Below, piece after piece: positions 1-14,055 of a DNA stretch of 64,000 nt; the stretch's first letter is position 1; each line of letters opens with the position of its first letter. This DNA is from an uncultured Gammaproteobacteria bacterium (GTDB lineage: Bacteria > Pseudomonadota > Gammaproteobacteria > UBA6002). The notes under the pieces are model-generated. The model ran no database searches. It was not told where the DNA came from and saw nothing but the letters and a program-made list of their open reading frames with translations. A program made the position numbers and the translations under genes. The stretch lies in NCBI GenBank assembly GCA_963705725.1, contig CAVPKM010000016.1:64001-128000 (forward strand), read 5' to 3'.

Positions 1-839
1 ATTTCAGGATGTCGATTTGGGCTAATTGAGTCTTCGTGAATGGGTATACCCCGGATTGTGGCAATTTCTTCGTTCACTTTGATTGCAGGCAATAATCCTC
101 CCTTACCCGGTTTTGCTCCTTGACTTAATTTCACTTCAAACATCACAACCTGATCGTGTGCTGCGACTTCTAGTAATTTTTCATCGCTAAGTTTGCCATC
201 TAATGTCCGAAAGCCATATTTTGCAGTACCAATTTGGGCAATAATATCAGCGCCTCCTTCCAGATGATAGGGCGAAACGCCGCCCTCACCTGTATTGAGC
301 CAGCAGCCGGCCATTTTTGCGCCACGTGACAAGGCAAGGATTGCATTTTTAGATAAGGCGCCATAACTCATGGCAGAAATATTAAAAATTGAAGTGGCAA
401 TATAAGGCTTTGGACATTGCGGCCCAATAGTCACTGGTTGACTGGCCACAGCGTCCTCATTCAGTGTCGGGAAGGGCGCATCAACAAAATAAATGGTGCC
501 GGTCGGTTTTAAATTTCGTGTAGAACCAAAGCTAATTGTATTATTTAAGTCTTTTGCAGCGCGATATACCCAAGAACGCTGCGCGCGATTGAAAGGGAGC
601 TCATTCCGATCACCTTCAAACCAATATTGACGCAAATAAACGCCCAAATCTTCAGTGATATAGCGAAGATGACCGATAACCGGATAATTTCTTAATATGG
701 CACGATTTTTTTGTTTTCGGTCATAAAGATACAAAGCGGTTAAACCTAGCGCGAAAACAATAAGAACAAAAAGTAAGAAGGAATCGCTAATTTTTTGCAA
801 TTCCATGGAGACTATTTTCAATAAAGCACGGTCAAACAT
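1..839 (-). CDS. FMN-binding glutamate synthase family protein (YerD-like); 3' end runs off the window
   Basis: Not in the ORF track; translated by hand. ATG at 839 with GGAG upstream, N-terminal TM then RNYPVIGHLRY, NTGEGG, QIGTAKYG and EVKLSQGAKPGKGG motifs of the GltS FMN domain. Confidence 0.85.
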   Translation of the reverse strand, partial: MFDRALLKIVSMELQKISDSFLLFVLIVFALGLTALYLYDRKQKNRAILRNYPVIGHLRYITEDLGVYLRQYWFEGDRNELPFNRAQRSWVYRAAKDLNNTISFGSTRNLKPTGTIYFVDAPFPTLNEDAVASQPVTIGPQCPKPYIATSIFNISAMSYGALSKNAILALSRGAKMAGCWLNTGEGGVSPYHLEGGADIIAQIGTAKYGFRTLDGKLSDEKLLEVAAHDQVVMFEVKLSQGAKPGKGGLLPAIKVNEEIATIRGIPIHEDSISPNRHPE

Positions 840-879
840 AATCACTCCCTTTATGTGCCATGCAAAGAGCATAGCATAG

Positions 880-914
880 ATATACCCTTGGTGAGTGGAT
901 TTAGGCTAAGGTAT
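880..914. repeat. Repeat family B copy (TATACCC-ended short element)
   Basis: ATATACCCTTGGTGAGTGGATTTAGGCTA closely matches ATCTACCCTTTGCGAGTGGATTGTAGACTA at 52170. Confidence 0.6.
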
Positions 915-917
915 CGA

Positions 918-2630
918 TTACTGACCAGATTTAATTTGTAGGTGACGACTATCCATGGCACCAAAAATCTGATGGGTTTGAGGATCAATTAGAATTCCAC
1001 TCACCGCACCCCATAACTCGGTTCCGTAAGGAGAACCAAGCTGCAACACATAGCCCATTTTATGCAATAAATTCCGGCTATCTTTGCAGATGGAAAAACG
1101 CTCCATAAAAATTTTATCGGGTATCGCCTGCATGTGGATACGCGGCATATCTTCTGCTTCTTGTATATCCATATCATATTCAATGACGTTCAATATGACA
1201 TTGACGAGTTGTGAAGGGATGGTAGAGCCTCCCGGCGTGCCAATTATCAAGAACGGTAGGGAATGTTTAAGCACAAAAGTCGGCGCCATGGAACTCAACG
1301 GTCTTTTGTCTCCTTGGATCAGATTTTTTGATCCTTGAACCAAACCATAAGCATTGGCACTGCCCGGTTTAATAGTAAAATCTGCTAGTTCATTATTTAA
1401 GAAAAAACCTTTATCACCAGCGATAACCTTGGCGCCAAAATAATCGTTTAATGTATAAGTAACCGAAACAGCATTGCCTGCTTTATCCACAACAACAAAG
1501 GAAGTCGTATTCTTGCCTTCCACTTTTTGAGCTGTTGCGATATCGATAGTAGGGGTAGCCTTATCTCGGTGAATGTGACTTCTAATCATTTCAATGTGTT
1601 TTCGCGAAAGCAGAAATTCAATTGGATTATGAATAAAGCGTGGATCGCCTAAATAAAAGTTGCGATCTAAATAAGCAAAGCGTAAAGCCTCTACCAGATA
1701 ATGAATGCTCATGGCAGAGTGAAAGCCCAAGCGAGCGAGAGGATAGGCTTCCAAAATTTTTAGTGTTTCACAGATTGTCACACCTGAACCTGGAGGAGGA
1801 GCGGTGGCAATCTGATAATTTTTATACTGGCAAAGAAGAGGAGGACGTTCTACTACCTGATAATTTTGTAAATCATTGACAGTGATTAACCCGCCATGCG
1901 CCCGACTCGCCGCTACTATGGCTTTCGCAATACTACCGCGATAGAAGGCAGCTGGCCCTTGATTCGCAATTTTTTTTAATGTGGCAGCAAGATTTTTTTG
2001 CAGTAATTTTTCCGAAGCACGATAGGTCCGATTATTCTTGAGAAAAATGGCCTTAACGTTTGGCTCTTTCTTAAAACTTTCTTCACCTAATTTCAATACC
2101 GCTGCATCTTGGTCATTCAGGATGTAGCCATTTTCTGCCAGATGAATTGCTGGCTCCATTACCGCCGCTCGTGAGAAAGTTCCATATTTTTTTAAAGCAT
2201 AATCCAGGCCTTTAACTGTGCCAGGTACACCAATTGCAAGATAAGGCTTGCTGAGTCCTCCTGCAATATGCTTTGAACTTAAATAATCGTCTCGTACTTT
2301 TCCTGATTGGTCAAGATAGAGGGAGGGGCGAGCCTGATGAGGCGCTTTTTCTCTAAAATCGATAAAGGTCATCTTGCCATTGGCTAGACGAATTAACATC
2401 AATCCGCCTCCCCCAATATTACCGCAACAGGGATGGACAACAGCCAAGGCATAGCCAATTGCTACTGCACTATCAATTGCATTTCCTCCTTTCTGCAATA
2501 TCGCCATACCAATTTCAGTGGCATAATGCTGAGCGCTAACCGCCATTCCCTGATTGTTGACAACCGGCGCGGGCGCAGCAGCTTTAGCGGATGAGGAAAT
2601 TAATAAAGCAAGTAGAAAAAAATAATGCAT
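918..2630 (-). CDS. ggt: Gamma-glutamyltranspeptidase with signal peptide
   Basis: GGNAIDSAVA, GNIGGGG, IDFREKAP, autoprocessing Thr (NTTSF), LSSMAPT and GTPGG motifs. Start placed at ATG 2630 (MHYFFLLALL signal peptide). Confidence 0.93.
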   Translation of the reverse strand: MHYFFLLALLISSSAKAAAPAPVVNNQGMAVSAQHYATEIGMAILQKGGNAIDSAVAIGYALAVVHPCCGNIGGGGLMLIRLANGKMTFIDFREKAPHQARPSLYLDQSGKVRDDYLSSKHIAGGLSKPYLAIGVPGTVKGLDYALKKYGTFSRAAVMEPAIHLAENGYILNDQDAAVLKLGEESFKKEPNVKAIFLKNNRTYRASEKLLQKNLAATLKKIANQGPAAFYRGSIAKAIVAASRAHGGLITVNDLQNYQVVERPPLLCQYKNYQIATAPPPGSGVTICETLKILEAYPLARLGFHSAMSIHYLVEALRFAYLDRNFYLGDPRFIHNPIEFLLSRKHIEMIRSHIHRDKATPTIDIATAQKVEGKNTTSFVVVDKAGNAVSVTYTLNDYFGAKVIAGDKGFFLNNELADFTIKPGSANAYGLVQGSKNLIQGDKRPLSSMAPTFVLKHSLPFLIIGTPGGSTIPSQLVNVILNVIEYDMDIQEAEDMPRIHMQAIPDKIFMERFSICKDSRNLLHKMGYVLQLGSPYGTELWGAVSGILIDPQTHQIFGAMDSRHLQIKSGQ

Positions 2631-3395
2631 AGCAACCGCCCTGTCATTTACGTAGAAGATCCTTCTCGAGTCATTGAAGGGAAACATTTATCCCATCATA
2701 CCGGATTACCCTTGGTTCAAAACCCTCAAGACTATTTATTTGTGCTGACGCTAACCAAAAATCGATTAGAGCTGCGTGTTAGAGATGAGAAATTTAAGCC
2801 CATCGCTATAGATTTTTTATCCAAACAAATGAACCATCGTCTCAACCAAGCAAGAAAGGGTAATGAGCTGATTGCCCGCGCTATTGGGTTAACATCACAT
2901 TTTTCCCCTACGGTGGTGGATGCTACAGCAGGTTTCGCACAAGATGCATTGATTTTGGCCCACCTTGGATGCCAGGTAATGATGCTAGAGCGATCCCCTA
3001 TTCTCAGCGCGCTCATTGTCGACGCCCTGCTAAGGGCAAAAAAAGTTATGCCGGAGTGGATTGACCGGCTTCAATTTTATGAAATAGAAGCTTGTGCTTT
3101 TTTACAATCGCAACTAGCCCAGCAAATCACTATCGATGCTATCTACTTGGATCCCATGTTCCCCATCCGAAAAAAAACGGCGCAGGTAAAAAAGGAGATG
3201 CAGGTATTGCAATCACTAGTTGGAATTGACAACGATACCAACGACTTATTCGCATTAGCTATAGAAATCGCAAAAAAAAGAGTCGTGGTTAAAAGACCCC
3301 TGCATGCAGACACGTTAACAAAGATACCCCCGACAATACAATATAGGGGAAGGAGTTGCCGCTTTGATGTCTATTTAACCTCAGTACGGAAATGA
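2625..3395 (+). CDS. rsmJ: 16S rRNA m2G1516 methyltransferase
   Basis: VVDATAGFAQDA, YLDPMFP, VKKEM, RVVVKRP and RFDVY motifs. Confidence 0.9.
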   Translation: MHSNRPVIYVEDPSRVIEGKHLSHHTGLPLVQNPQDYLFVLTLTKNRLELRVRDEKFKPIAIDFLSKQMNHRLNQARKGNELIARAIGLTSHFSPTVVDATAGFAQDALILAHLGCQVMMLERSPILSALIVDALLRAKKVMPEWIDRLQFYEIEACAFLQSQLAQQITIDAIYLDPMFPIRKKTAQVKKEMQVLQSLVGIDNDTNDLFALAIEIAKKRVVVKRPLHADTLTKIPPTIQYRGRSCRFDVYLTSVRK

Positions 3396-3406
3396 CCTAT
3401 TACCAG

Positions 3407-3778
3407 TTAGTCAGAAACTACTAAAAGGCCTTCCTTGCGCCAAGCGCCAAAACCTCCTTTCAGCGACCAAACATTTTTATAACCCATTTTTTGAATGGCA
3501 TCTGCTGCTAAGGCAGAGCGAAATCCGCCCCCACAATAAAGCACAAGCGCAGCTTCTTTCTGCGGGATAAGGTCGACGATATCGCGTTCAATTGTACCCT
3601 TGCATAAATGAATTGCATCCGGCAAATGCCCTTGGTCCCATTCTGTTTCTTCACGAACGTCGATAAGTTGTGGCGGAGTTGATGAGTTAATCTCGGTAAT
3701 TAACTCCATTACAGATAATTCTTTGATGCGTGTACGCGCGTCTTCTACTAAGGCAAGAAATTCTTCATGATGTTTCAT
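3407..3778 (-). CDS. Rhodanese-like domain protein
   Basis: LIDVRE..EW..GHLP and active loop YCGGGFRSA. Confidence 0.88.
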   Translation of the reverse strand: MKHHEEFLALVEDARTRIKELSVMELITEINSSTPPQLIDVREETEWDQGHLPDAIHLCKGTIERDIVDLIPQKEAALVLYCGGGFRSALAADAIQKMGYKNVWSLKGGFGAWRKEGLLVVSD

Positions 3779-5673
3779 TATTGCACCTCCGCTAAGTCAC
3801 CCTTTTTTTCTAACCAGCTTTTACGATCTGCTACTCTTTTTTTGGACAGCAACATATCAAGTAAATCTTCTGTTTTATCACCCTCTTCCACAATCAACTG
3901 AATCAGTCGCCGTGTTTCAGGAGCCATGGTCGTTTCTCTTAATTGTAATGGGTTCATTTCCCCCAAACCTTTGAAACGTTGTATATGAACCGTCCCTTTT
4001 CTTTTTTCTGCTGCAATTCGTTCTAAAATGCCTTTTTTTTCTGCATCATCTAAAGCATAGAACACTTCTTTTCCTACATCAATTCGATAAAGTGGCGGCA
4101 TTGCTACATAGACGTGACCAGCCAAGACCAAAGGCCGGAAGTGTTTTAAAAATAAAGCGCAAAGCAAGGTGGCAATATGTTGACCATCAGAATCCGCATC
4201 AGCGAGTATGCAAATTTTATTATATCTTAAATCTTCAAGGCTTTCAGTGCCAGGTGTCACTCCAATTGCAACAGAAATATCATGAATTTCCTGAGAACTC
4301 AGAATGACATTTGCATTCACTTCCCAAGTATTTAAAATTTTACCGCGCAGCGGCATCACTGCTTGAAACTCTCGATTACGTGCTTGTTTTGCAGAGCCAC
4401 CTGCAGAGTCTCCTTCAACTAAAAATAATTCGCTAAATGGTGAATTTGTCGAGCTGCAATCTGCCAATTTTCCGGGCAGAGCTGGACCTGCAGTGACTTT
4501 TTTTCTGATAATTTTTTTACTATCGCGAAATCGTCGCTGCGCATTATTAATCACCAGTTCTGCTAGGCTTTCGCCAATTGAAACGTGTTGATTTAAAAAT
4601 AGGCTGAACGCATCTTTAACCACACCTGACACAAATGCAGCGCATTCTCTTGAAGACAAACGCTCCTTGGTTTGGCCAGAAAACTGCGGTTCTTGTAATT
4701 TAACAGATAAAATATAATTACAGTTATCCCAGATATCTTCCACATTCAACTTTAAGCCACGAGGCAAAAGTTTTCTAATTTCACAAAATTCGCGCATGGC
4801 TTCAAGTAATCCCGTCCTCAAGCCATTGACGTGTGTTCCACCTTGAATAGTTGGGATTAAATTAACGTAGCTTTCTGCAATCTGTGAATTCTCTTCTGTT
4901 AACCATAACAGTGCCCAATCTGCTGCTTCTGTTGGACCTGAAAAACTTCCAATAAAAGGCTGATCAGGTATGCAGTTATCCGTCTCCAAAGACTGACTTA
5001 AATAATCTGATAATCCATTTTCATAACACCATTCTTCAGTTTTATTGACGATTTCATCATAATAATGAATATGTAGCCCTGGACAAAGCACGGCTTTAGC
5101 ACGCAAGACATGGATCAGCTCTGTGCGAGAAAATTTGCCATTATCAAAATATTCACTATCTGGCCAAAATCGCACAGTGGTTCCCGTTTCGCGCTTATTC
5201 ACTTTACCGACTTCTTTTAAGTCCTCGACTTTCTCCCCATTTTCAAAACTAATTTGATAAATTTTGCCATCTCGCTTGACATTAACTTGTAATTTTAAAG
5301 ACAGCGCATTGACAACAGAAATGCCAACTCCATGCAAACCGCCGGAATACTGATAACTTTTATTGGAAAATTTTGCCCCAGCATGTAGGCGAGTTAAGAT
5401 TAATTCTACCCCGGATATTCCTTCCTCTTTATGAATATCAACGGGTATGCCCCTGCCGTCATCGATCACTTCCAGGGAACCGTCTTTATATACCGAAATC
5501 ATAATATTATGCGCATGGCCAGCTATTGCTTCATCCATGCTATTATCAATCACTTCCCAAGCTAGGTGGTTAGGATTGCGAGTATTGGTATACATGCCCG
5601 GTCTTTTACGAACAGGATCAAGGCCACTATATACTTCAATTGCTTGAGCGGTATATTCGTTTTGTGCCATCAT
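3778..5673 (-). CDS. parE: DNA topoisomerase IV subunit B
   Basis: GLDPVRKRPGMY, EGDSAGG, PLRGKILNTWE, ADADSDG; 631 aa, no GyrB insertion. Confidence 0.96.
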   Translation of the reverse strand: MMAQNEYTAQAIEVYSGLDPVRKRPGMYTNTRNPNHLAWEVIDNSMDEAIAGHAHNIMISVYKDGSLEVIDDGRGIPVDIHKEEGISGVELILTRLHAGAKFSNKSYQYSGGLHGVGISVVNALSLKLQVNVKRDGKIYQISFENGEKVEDLKEVGKVNKRETGTTVRFWPDSEYFDNGKFSRTELIHVLRAKAVLCPGLHIHYYDEIVNKTEEWCYENGLSDYLSQSLETDNCIPDQPFIGSFSGPTEAADWALLWLTEENSQIAESYVNLIPTIQGGTHVNGLRTGLLEAMREFCEIRKLLPRGLKLNVEDIWDNCNYILSVKLQEPQFSGQTKERLSSRECAAFVSGVVKDAFSLFLNQHVSIGESLAELVINNAQRRFRDSKKIIRKKVTAGPALPGKLADCSSTNSPFSELFLVEGDSAGGSAKQARNREFQAVMPLRGKILNTWEVNANVILSSQEIHDISVAIGVTPGTESLEDLRYNKICILADADSDGQHIATLLCALFLKHFRPLVLAGHVYVAMPPLYRIDVGKEVFYALDDAEKKGILERIAAEKRKGTVHIQRFKGLGEMNPLQLRETTMAPETRRLIQLIVEEGDKTEDLLDMLLSKKRVADRKSWLEKKGDLAEVQ

Positions 5674-5680
5674 TTCAACT

Positions 5681-7030
5681 CTACGATTTTTTTTTCCAGT
5701 TTTTTATTGTCACTTGCCTAGCACGGCCTACTGTTAGCTCTCCAGCTGGCGGGTCTTTAGTAATTGTTGATCCAGCACCGATATAAGCATTTTCACCGAC
5801 TATAAGAGGTGCAACCAATTCCGTGCCAGAACCGATAAAAGCACCCGCTTTAATTACAGTAGTATATTTGTTCACGCCATCATAGTTACAAGTAATGGTA
5901 CCCGCACCAACATTTACGCCCTTACCCACAATCGCATCGCCAAGATACGTTAAGTGATTAATTTTACTACCCTGATCAACTTCCGCATTTTTTAACTCTA
6001 CAAAGTTACCGACATGTACATCAGATTGCAATTTCGTGTTTGGCCTAATTCTAGCAAAAGGTCCAATAATACAGTTATCAGCAATAACAGCATCCTCAAT
6101 TACGCAATGGGATTTAATGACGACATTGTTACCAATAAGTGAATTTTTGACTAGGGTATTGGGGCCAATTATCGTACCTTTTCCCACTTTGTTATTACCC
6201 TCGAAAATGACATTCACATCAATAGTGACGTCCTGTTCTGTTTCTATTTGACCCCGAAAATCCACACGTTTAGCGTCATATAATGTGACGCCTTTCTCCA
6301 TCAAGGTCTCTGCTTTTCGTCTCTGATAATGGCGTTCTGCAGCCATTAATTGCTGCCTGGTATTAATTCCTTCCACTTCCCAAAGATTTGCCTTGGTACT
6401 CACTACCTTTCGTTTTTCTTCCACTGCTTTTGAAATGATGTCCGTCAAATAATATTCCCGCTGTGCATTATTAGATTTAAGTGATGGCAACCAATTTTTT
6501 AACAAACTTGCTTTTGCGACAAGAATGCCTGAGTTAAATTCCCGGATAGTGAGTTGATCTGTTGTCGCATCTCTCTGCTCGACAATCGCCATAATTTGAT
6601 TTTCATCATTTCGGACTATCCTGCCTAAGCCCTGTGGATTTTTAGTCTCTGCAACTATAATGCCAATTTGTTCTACTGCAGTCGAAGCCAATAATTTTTC
6701 TAGGGTGGCTGTTTTAATAAGCGGGACATCCCCATATAGTACTAAAACTCTTGCATCAGGATGGATAGTAGGCATCGCCTGCATTAAGGCATGTCCTGTT
6801 CCAAGTGGAGGATCTTGTAAGACCCAATTCACGTCCAAATCGCTTAGCATCTCGCTAATTTGTTGTTTGTCTTTTCCATAAACAACATGAATTGAGTGTG
6901 GTTTTAATGTTCTTGCTGTTTCTACCACATGAGAAAGTAAGGGAATACCACCTAGAGGATGTAAAACCTTGTGCAATTGAGAGTGCATGCGCTTGCTAGC
7001 ACCTGCAGCGAGAATAACGATATCTAGCAT
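5681..7030 (-). CDS. glmU: Bifunctional UDP-GlcNAc pyrophosphorylase/acetyltransferase
   Basis: ILAAG..RM, YGDVP, EYYLTD, hexapeptide repeats, GNFVE, NYDG. Start placed at ATG 7030. Confidence 0.96.
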   Translation of the reverse strand: MLDIVILAAGASKRMHSQLHKVLHPLGGIPLLSHVVETARTLKPHSIHVVYGKDKQQISEMLSDLDVNWVLQDPPLGTGHALMQAMPTIHPDARVLVLYGDVPLIKTATLEKLLASTAVEQIGIIVAETKNPQGLGRIVRNDENQIMAIVEQRDATTDQLTIREFNSGILVAKASLLKNWLPSLKSNNAQREYYLTDIISKAVEEKRKVVSTKANLWEVEGINTRQQLMAAERHYQRRKAETLMEKGVTLYDAKRVDFRGQIETEQDVTIDVNVIFEGNNKVGKGTIIGPNTLVKNSLIGNNVVIKSHCVIEDAVIADNCIIGPFARIRPNTKLQSDVHVGNFVELKNAEVDQGSKINHLTYLGDAIVGKGVNVGAGTITCNYDGVNKYTTVIKAGAFIGSGTELVAPLIVGENAYIGAGSTITKDPPAGELTVGRARQVTIKNWKKKS

Positions 7031-7031
7031 G

Positions 7032-7475
7032 CTAAGAATCGCTATGACCGTATTTCTTACGAAGCTGCTTAATTTGTCTAATGGCACGCAATTGTGCAGC
7101 GGTTTCTGCTAATTCGCTCAATGTTTTTGAATATTCAATGTCATTTTTGCGTGAAGCAGCGGCTTCTTCCGCCTGTTCTCTGGCTTGAATCGCTGCCAAC
7201 TCATCTAAGTCTTGTGCGCGAATAGCAGTATCGGCAAGGATGGTTGCCACTTCAGGCTGAACTTCAAGCGTCCCACCTGACACATAGAAAACTTCTTCCT
7301 TCCCACCTTGTAAAACCACACGAATCAGACCAGGTTTGATAAAGGTCAAAAGTGGTGTATGACCAGGCATAATACCCAGCTCACCCCAAATACCAGAGAC
7401 AGAAATAGATTCTGCACGTCCAGAAAAAACTTCTCCTTCTGCACTTACAATATCCAAATGAAGCGTCATTGCCAT
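7032..7475 (-). CDS. atpC: ATP synthase epsilon subunit
   Basis: [21 protein letters not shown]; operon position. Confidence 0.96.
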   Translation of the reverse strand: MAMTLHLDIVSAEGEVFSGRAESISVSGIWGELGIMPGHTPLLTFIKPGLIRVVLQGGKEEVFYVSGGTLEVQPEVATILADTAIRAQDLDELAAIQAREQAEEAAASRKNDIEYSKTLSELAETAAQLRAIRQIKQLRKKYGHSDS

Positions 7476-7484
7476 GCTAACACC

Positions 7485-8885
<1,401 letters not shown>

Positions 8886-8901
8886 TCAATCCCCTTTAAT
8901 G

Positions 8902-9765
8902 CTAGACAGCAGCTGCACCCGCAACGATTTCTGCAATTTCTTGCGTAATCGCCGCCTGTCTGGCCTTGTTATAAATTAATTGCAGATCTTTAATAATGTC
9001 CCCTGCATTCTCTGTTGCATTTTTCATTGCTACCATTCTTGCCGATTGTTCACAGGCAATATTTTCCATCACTGCCGTATAAACTTCCGACTCAATGTAA
9101 CGAATCAAAAGTACATTAAGTAGTTCTCTTGCGTCAGGCTCATAAATATAATCCCAATATTTCGATTCAGCCTTATTTTTTGGTATGCGAATGGGTAATA
9201 AGCTAGATATTTTCGGTTTCTGTGTCATCGTATTAACAAATTCATTAGAGGCTAAATAAATGGCATCAATACTACCATTATCATAACTATCCAGCATGAT
9301 TTTGATAATACCAATCAGCTGGTTGACGCTTGGCCTATCTCCCAAATGATCTGCTTTTGCGATAATATTTCCTCCAATGCGGTGAAAAAAATTTTCACCT
9401 TTTTGCCCAATTACACATAAGCTATTTTCAACATTTTTTTTCTGCCAGTTTTGCATATCGGTAAGCACGGCGCGAAATAAATTAATATTCAACCCACCAC
9501 ACAATCCACGATCTGTAGAAACAATAATATAACCGACTTTTTTAATGTCTTTTCTTGGTACTAGATAAGGATGATGGTACTCACTATGACTCCAGGCAAC
9601 ATTTCCCATTATCCGTTCAGTTGCTTCAGCATAAGGACGCGCCTTCTGCATAAGCTCTTGAGCTTTACGCATTTTACTAACCGCAACCAATTGCATCGCA
9701 CTGGTTATTTTTTTTGTTTTTTCAATGCTTCTGATCTTGGTTTTGATTTCTCTCCCAACTGCCAT
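8902..9765 (-). CDS. atpG: ATP synthase gamma subunit
   Basis: [21 protein letters not shown]. Confidence 0.98.
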   Translation of the reverse strand: MAVGREIKTKIRSIEKTKKITSAMQLVAVSKMRKAQELMQKARPYAEATERIMGNVAWSHSEYHHPYLVPRKDIKKVGYIIVSTDRGLCGGLNINLFRAVLTDMQNWQKKNVENSLCVIGQKGENFFHRIGGNIIAKADHLGDRPSVNQLIGIIKIMLDSYDNGSIDAIYLASNEFVNTMTQKPKISSLLPIRIPKNKAESKYWDYIYEPDARELLNVLLIRYIESEVYTAVMENIACEQSARMVAMKNATENAGDIIKDLQLIYNKARQAAITQEIAEIVAGAAAV

Positions 9766-9771
9766 TTCATA

Positions 9772-11325
9772 CTACCATGATTGATTTTTTTTAAAATCTT
9801 GAACTGCTTCATGAAGCTTTTTACCAATCTCATCGCTGTATGAAGGATTGTCATTTATCGTTTGTAGTAAATCCCCATATTTATCATGCATAAATTGACG
9901 TAATTCTTCTTCAAAGCTGACCACTTTTTTAATTTCAACATCATCGAGATAACCTTGATCCGTGATAAATAAGCTTACCGCCATATCTGCTACTGAAAGA
10001 GGAAGATATTGTTTTTGCTTGAGAATTTCAGTACTTCGTTGACCACGCTCTAATTGTTTGCGTGTTGTTTCATCAAGATCAGAAGAAAATTGAGCAAAAG
10101 CTTCAAGCTCTCGATATTGCGCTTGCGCTAAACGAAGACCACCACCAAATTTTTTGATGATTTTGGTTTGTGCCGCGCCTCCGACGCGAGAAACAGAAAG
10201 TCCTGCATTGATTGCTGGCCTAATGCCTGAATTAAACAAATCGGTATCTAGATAAATTTGACCATCTGTAATTGAAATAACATTAGTAGGAACAAAGGCA
10301 GAAACGTCTCCTGCTTGTGTTTCAATAATAGGCAATGCGGTTAATGACCCCGTTCGTCCTTTCACCTTGCCATTTGTCATTTTTTCGACATATTCTTCAT
10401 TAACACGTGCGGCCCGCTCTAAAAGTCGGGAGTGGATATAGAAAACATCTCCAGGATATGCTTCACGCCCTGGTGGCCTTTTTAGCAAAAGTGAAATTTG
10501 GCGATAAGCCCAAGCTTGTTTAGAGAGATCATCATAAATAATTAAGGCATCTCTCCCACTGTCTCGAAAATATTCACCCATCGAACAACCAGCATAAGGA
10601 GCAATGAATTGCAATGAGGCAGACTCAGAGGCAGAGGCTGCAACAATAATGGTGTATTCCATTGCGCCATATTCTTCAAGTTTACGAACGATATTCGCAA
10701 TAGTTGAGGACTTTTGACCGATGGCTACGTAAACGCAAAATACATCCTTCCCTTTTTGATTAATAATGGTATCGATTGCAATCGCTGTTTTACCTGTTTG
10801 ACGATCACCAATAATCAGTTCTCTTTGGCCCCGACCAATTGGCACTAACGCATCAATCGACTTTAGCCCTGTTTGCAAAGGCTGGCTAACGGATTGCCGA
10901 GTAATCACACCGGGTGCAACTTTTTCGATTGGGGAAGTGAGTTCTGTTTCAATGGGACCCTTGCCATCAATTGGCAAACCCAGTGCATTGACTACTCTTC
11001 CCAGCAAAGCTTCACCCACAGGCACTTCAAGAATGCGTCCTGTACATTTTACCGTCTGACCTTCAGCAAGATGCTCATAGGGGCCGAGAATAACTGCACC
11101 TACAGAATCACGCTCTAAGTTTAAGGCCATACCATACGTTTGACCTTCAAATTCAAGCATTTCACCATTCATCGCTTCTTCTAAGCCATGAATTTGAGCA
11201 ATACCATCCTGTAATTTAACAATTCTACCCTGTAATGAAAATTCAGAACTTAATTTAGCGTTCTCTAAACGCTTTTGGATTAGCTCACTAATTTCAGATG
11301 GGCTTAACTGCATTTTTGTTTGCAT
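9772..11325 (-). CDS. atpA: ATP synthase alpha subunit
   Basis: [20 protein letters not shown]. Confidence 0.99.
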   Translation of the reverse strand: MQTKMQLSPSEISELIQKRLENAKLSSEFSLQGRIVKLQDGIAQIHGLEEAMNGEMLEFEGQTYGMALNLERDSVGAVILGPYEHLAEGQTVKCTGRILEVPVGEALLGRVVNALGLPIDGKGPIETELTSPIEKVAPGVITRQSVSQPLQTGLKSIDALVPIGRGQRELIIGDRQTGKTAIAIDTIINQKGKDVFCVYVAIGQKSSTIANIVRKLEEYGAMEYTIIVAASASESASLQFIAPYAGCSMGEYFRDSGRDALIIYDDLSKQAWAYRQISLLLKRPPGREAYPGDVFYIHSRLLERAARVNEEYVEKMTNGKVKGRTGSLTALPIIETQAGDVSAFVPTNVISITDGQIYLDTDLFNSGIRPAINAGLSVSRVGGAAQTKIIKKFGGGLRLAQAQYRELEAFAQFSSDLDETTRKQLERGQRSTEILKQKQYLPLSVADMAVSLFITDQGYLDDVEIKKVVSFEEELRQFMHDKYGDLLQTINDNPSYSDEIGKKLHEAVQDFKKNQSW

Positions 11326-11340
11326 CTCGAATATTCTCCC

Positions 11341-11886
11341 CTAACTACACAAACTTTCAGAAAGCTTTTTCAATTTAGTACGTAGTGATCCATCAATAAC
11401 GCGATCACCCGCATAAATAATGATACCACCCAGTAGGTTCTTATCTACCGCACACTCTAAAACGATTTGACGTTTTAAATGGTTTTGCAATGCATGAGTC
11501 AATCGTTGCAAACGAATTTCATCAATCGGGTAAGCGCTGATCACTTTTACTTCAGCTCTCTTCTCACGCTCTGCCAAGTATTTTTCATAGCGACTAGCAA
11601 TAGCCGGCAACAAGTTGAGGCGTTTTTTTTCTATTAGAATTTGAATTAAATTGGTTACCTGATGTGCCCTGCCCCCATCGATGCAAGTGACAATATCCAT
11701 AAAAACAGCACTCAAATCTTTTTTCGATATCAATGGGTTATTCAATACTGTTTGCATATTTTGATCTTCAACAATTCCAGCAAGCATGGCCAGTTCTTTG
11801 GACCAATCTTTTAAAGTCTGATTTAGCAATGCCGTTTCAAAAATCGCTTTCGCATAGGGCCTTGCAATAGTAGATAATTCAGCCAT
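11341..11886 (-). CDS. atpH: ATP synthase delta subunit
   Basis: IARPYAKA N-terminus, GG...GD.VIDGS C-terminus. Confidence 0.96.
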   Translation of the reverse strand: MAELSTIARPYAKAIFETALLNQTLKDWSKELAMLAGIVEDQNMQTVLNNPLISKKDLSAVFMDIVTCIDGGRAHQVTNLIQILIEKKRLNLLPAIASRYEKYLAEREKRAEVKVISAYPIDEIRLQRLTHALQNHLKRQIVLECAVDKNLLGGIIIYAGDRVIDGSLRTKLKKLSESLCS

Positions 11887-11888
11887 GA

Positions 11889-12359
11889 TTAAATCTCATC
11901 GATTAACTGGTCAACCAATCGGTTATTCACTGACTCATCAACCTTTGTTTCTAAGATCTTTTCTGCAGCAGAAATGGCCATACCGGTGATTTGTTCCAAT
12001 AACTGTTGTTTAGCCGTATGCATTTCTTGATCAATTTGTTCTTTTGCAAGACCAATTAAACGTTCACCTTCCAGACGCGCCTTCTCCTTTGCTTCCTCAA
12101 CCATTCGAGTGGCACGTTGCATCGCTTGATCAATCACCTTACCCGCCTCAATCTTTGCGTCGCGAAGTTGTTCCACCGCTTTGTGCCTTGCAAGCTCCAG
12201 TTCATGATGACCTCTTTCGGCCGCTTCTAATCCAGCTGCAATTTGTTTACGGCGATCTTCAAGCGCCTTCATCATCGGAGGCCAGATATACTTCATTGTT
12301 ACCCCGACCAGAACCATAAAGGTAATCATTTGGCCCAATAAAGTAAGATTTATATTCAC
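11889..12359 (-). CDS. atpF: ATP synthase b subunit
   Basis: MNINLTLLGQ, MKYIWPP, coiled coil; GTG start. Confidence 0.96.
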   Translation of the reverse strand: MNINLTLLGQMITFMVLVGVTMKYIWPPMMKALEDRRKQIAAGLEAAERGHHELELARHKAVEQLRDAKIEAGKVIDQAMQRATRMVEEAKEKARLEGERLIGLAKEQIDQEMHTAKQQLLEQITGMAISAAEKILETKVDESVNNRLVDQLIDEI

Positions 12360-12380
12360 GGTCGTGACCCCTAATTAAAT

Positions 12381-12725
<345 letters not shown>

Positions 12726-12740
12726 TCACCTTGTCTAAGG

Positions 12741-12782
12741 GTAACTATTCAGCACAAATGCTAGAAGCCGCCGAGTAGTTAC
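12741..12782. repeat. Repeat family A, internally deleted copy between atpB and atpE
   Basis: GTAACTATTCAGCACAAATGCTAGAAG matches the reverse complement of 22540-22566 at 26/27; ends in degenerate TIR GCCGAGTAGTTAC. Confidence 0.85.
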
Positions 12783-12784
12783 CT

Positions 12785-13995
<1,211 letters not shown>

Positions 13996-14018
13996 CTCAA
14001 TGCCATCAAACCTGGCGG

Positions 14019-14047
14019 AGTATATTATATTTTTTTATTCAGGACAA
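14019..14047 (-). promoter_or_regulatory. Putative sigma70 promoter of the atp operon
   Basis: Minus strand TTGTCC-17 bp-TATACT in the parB-atpI gap. Confidence 0.5.
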
Positions 14048-14055
14048 CCGGTTAC

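Noticed and set aside
918-960. Possible frameshift or truncation at the Ggt C-terminus (DSRHLQIKSGQ)
   Set aside because: Length and the terminal G-X-stop fit normal Ggt ends; I found no better continuation in another frame.
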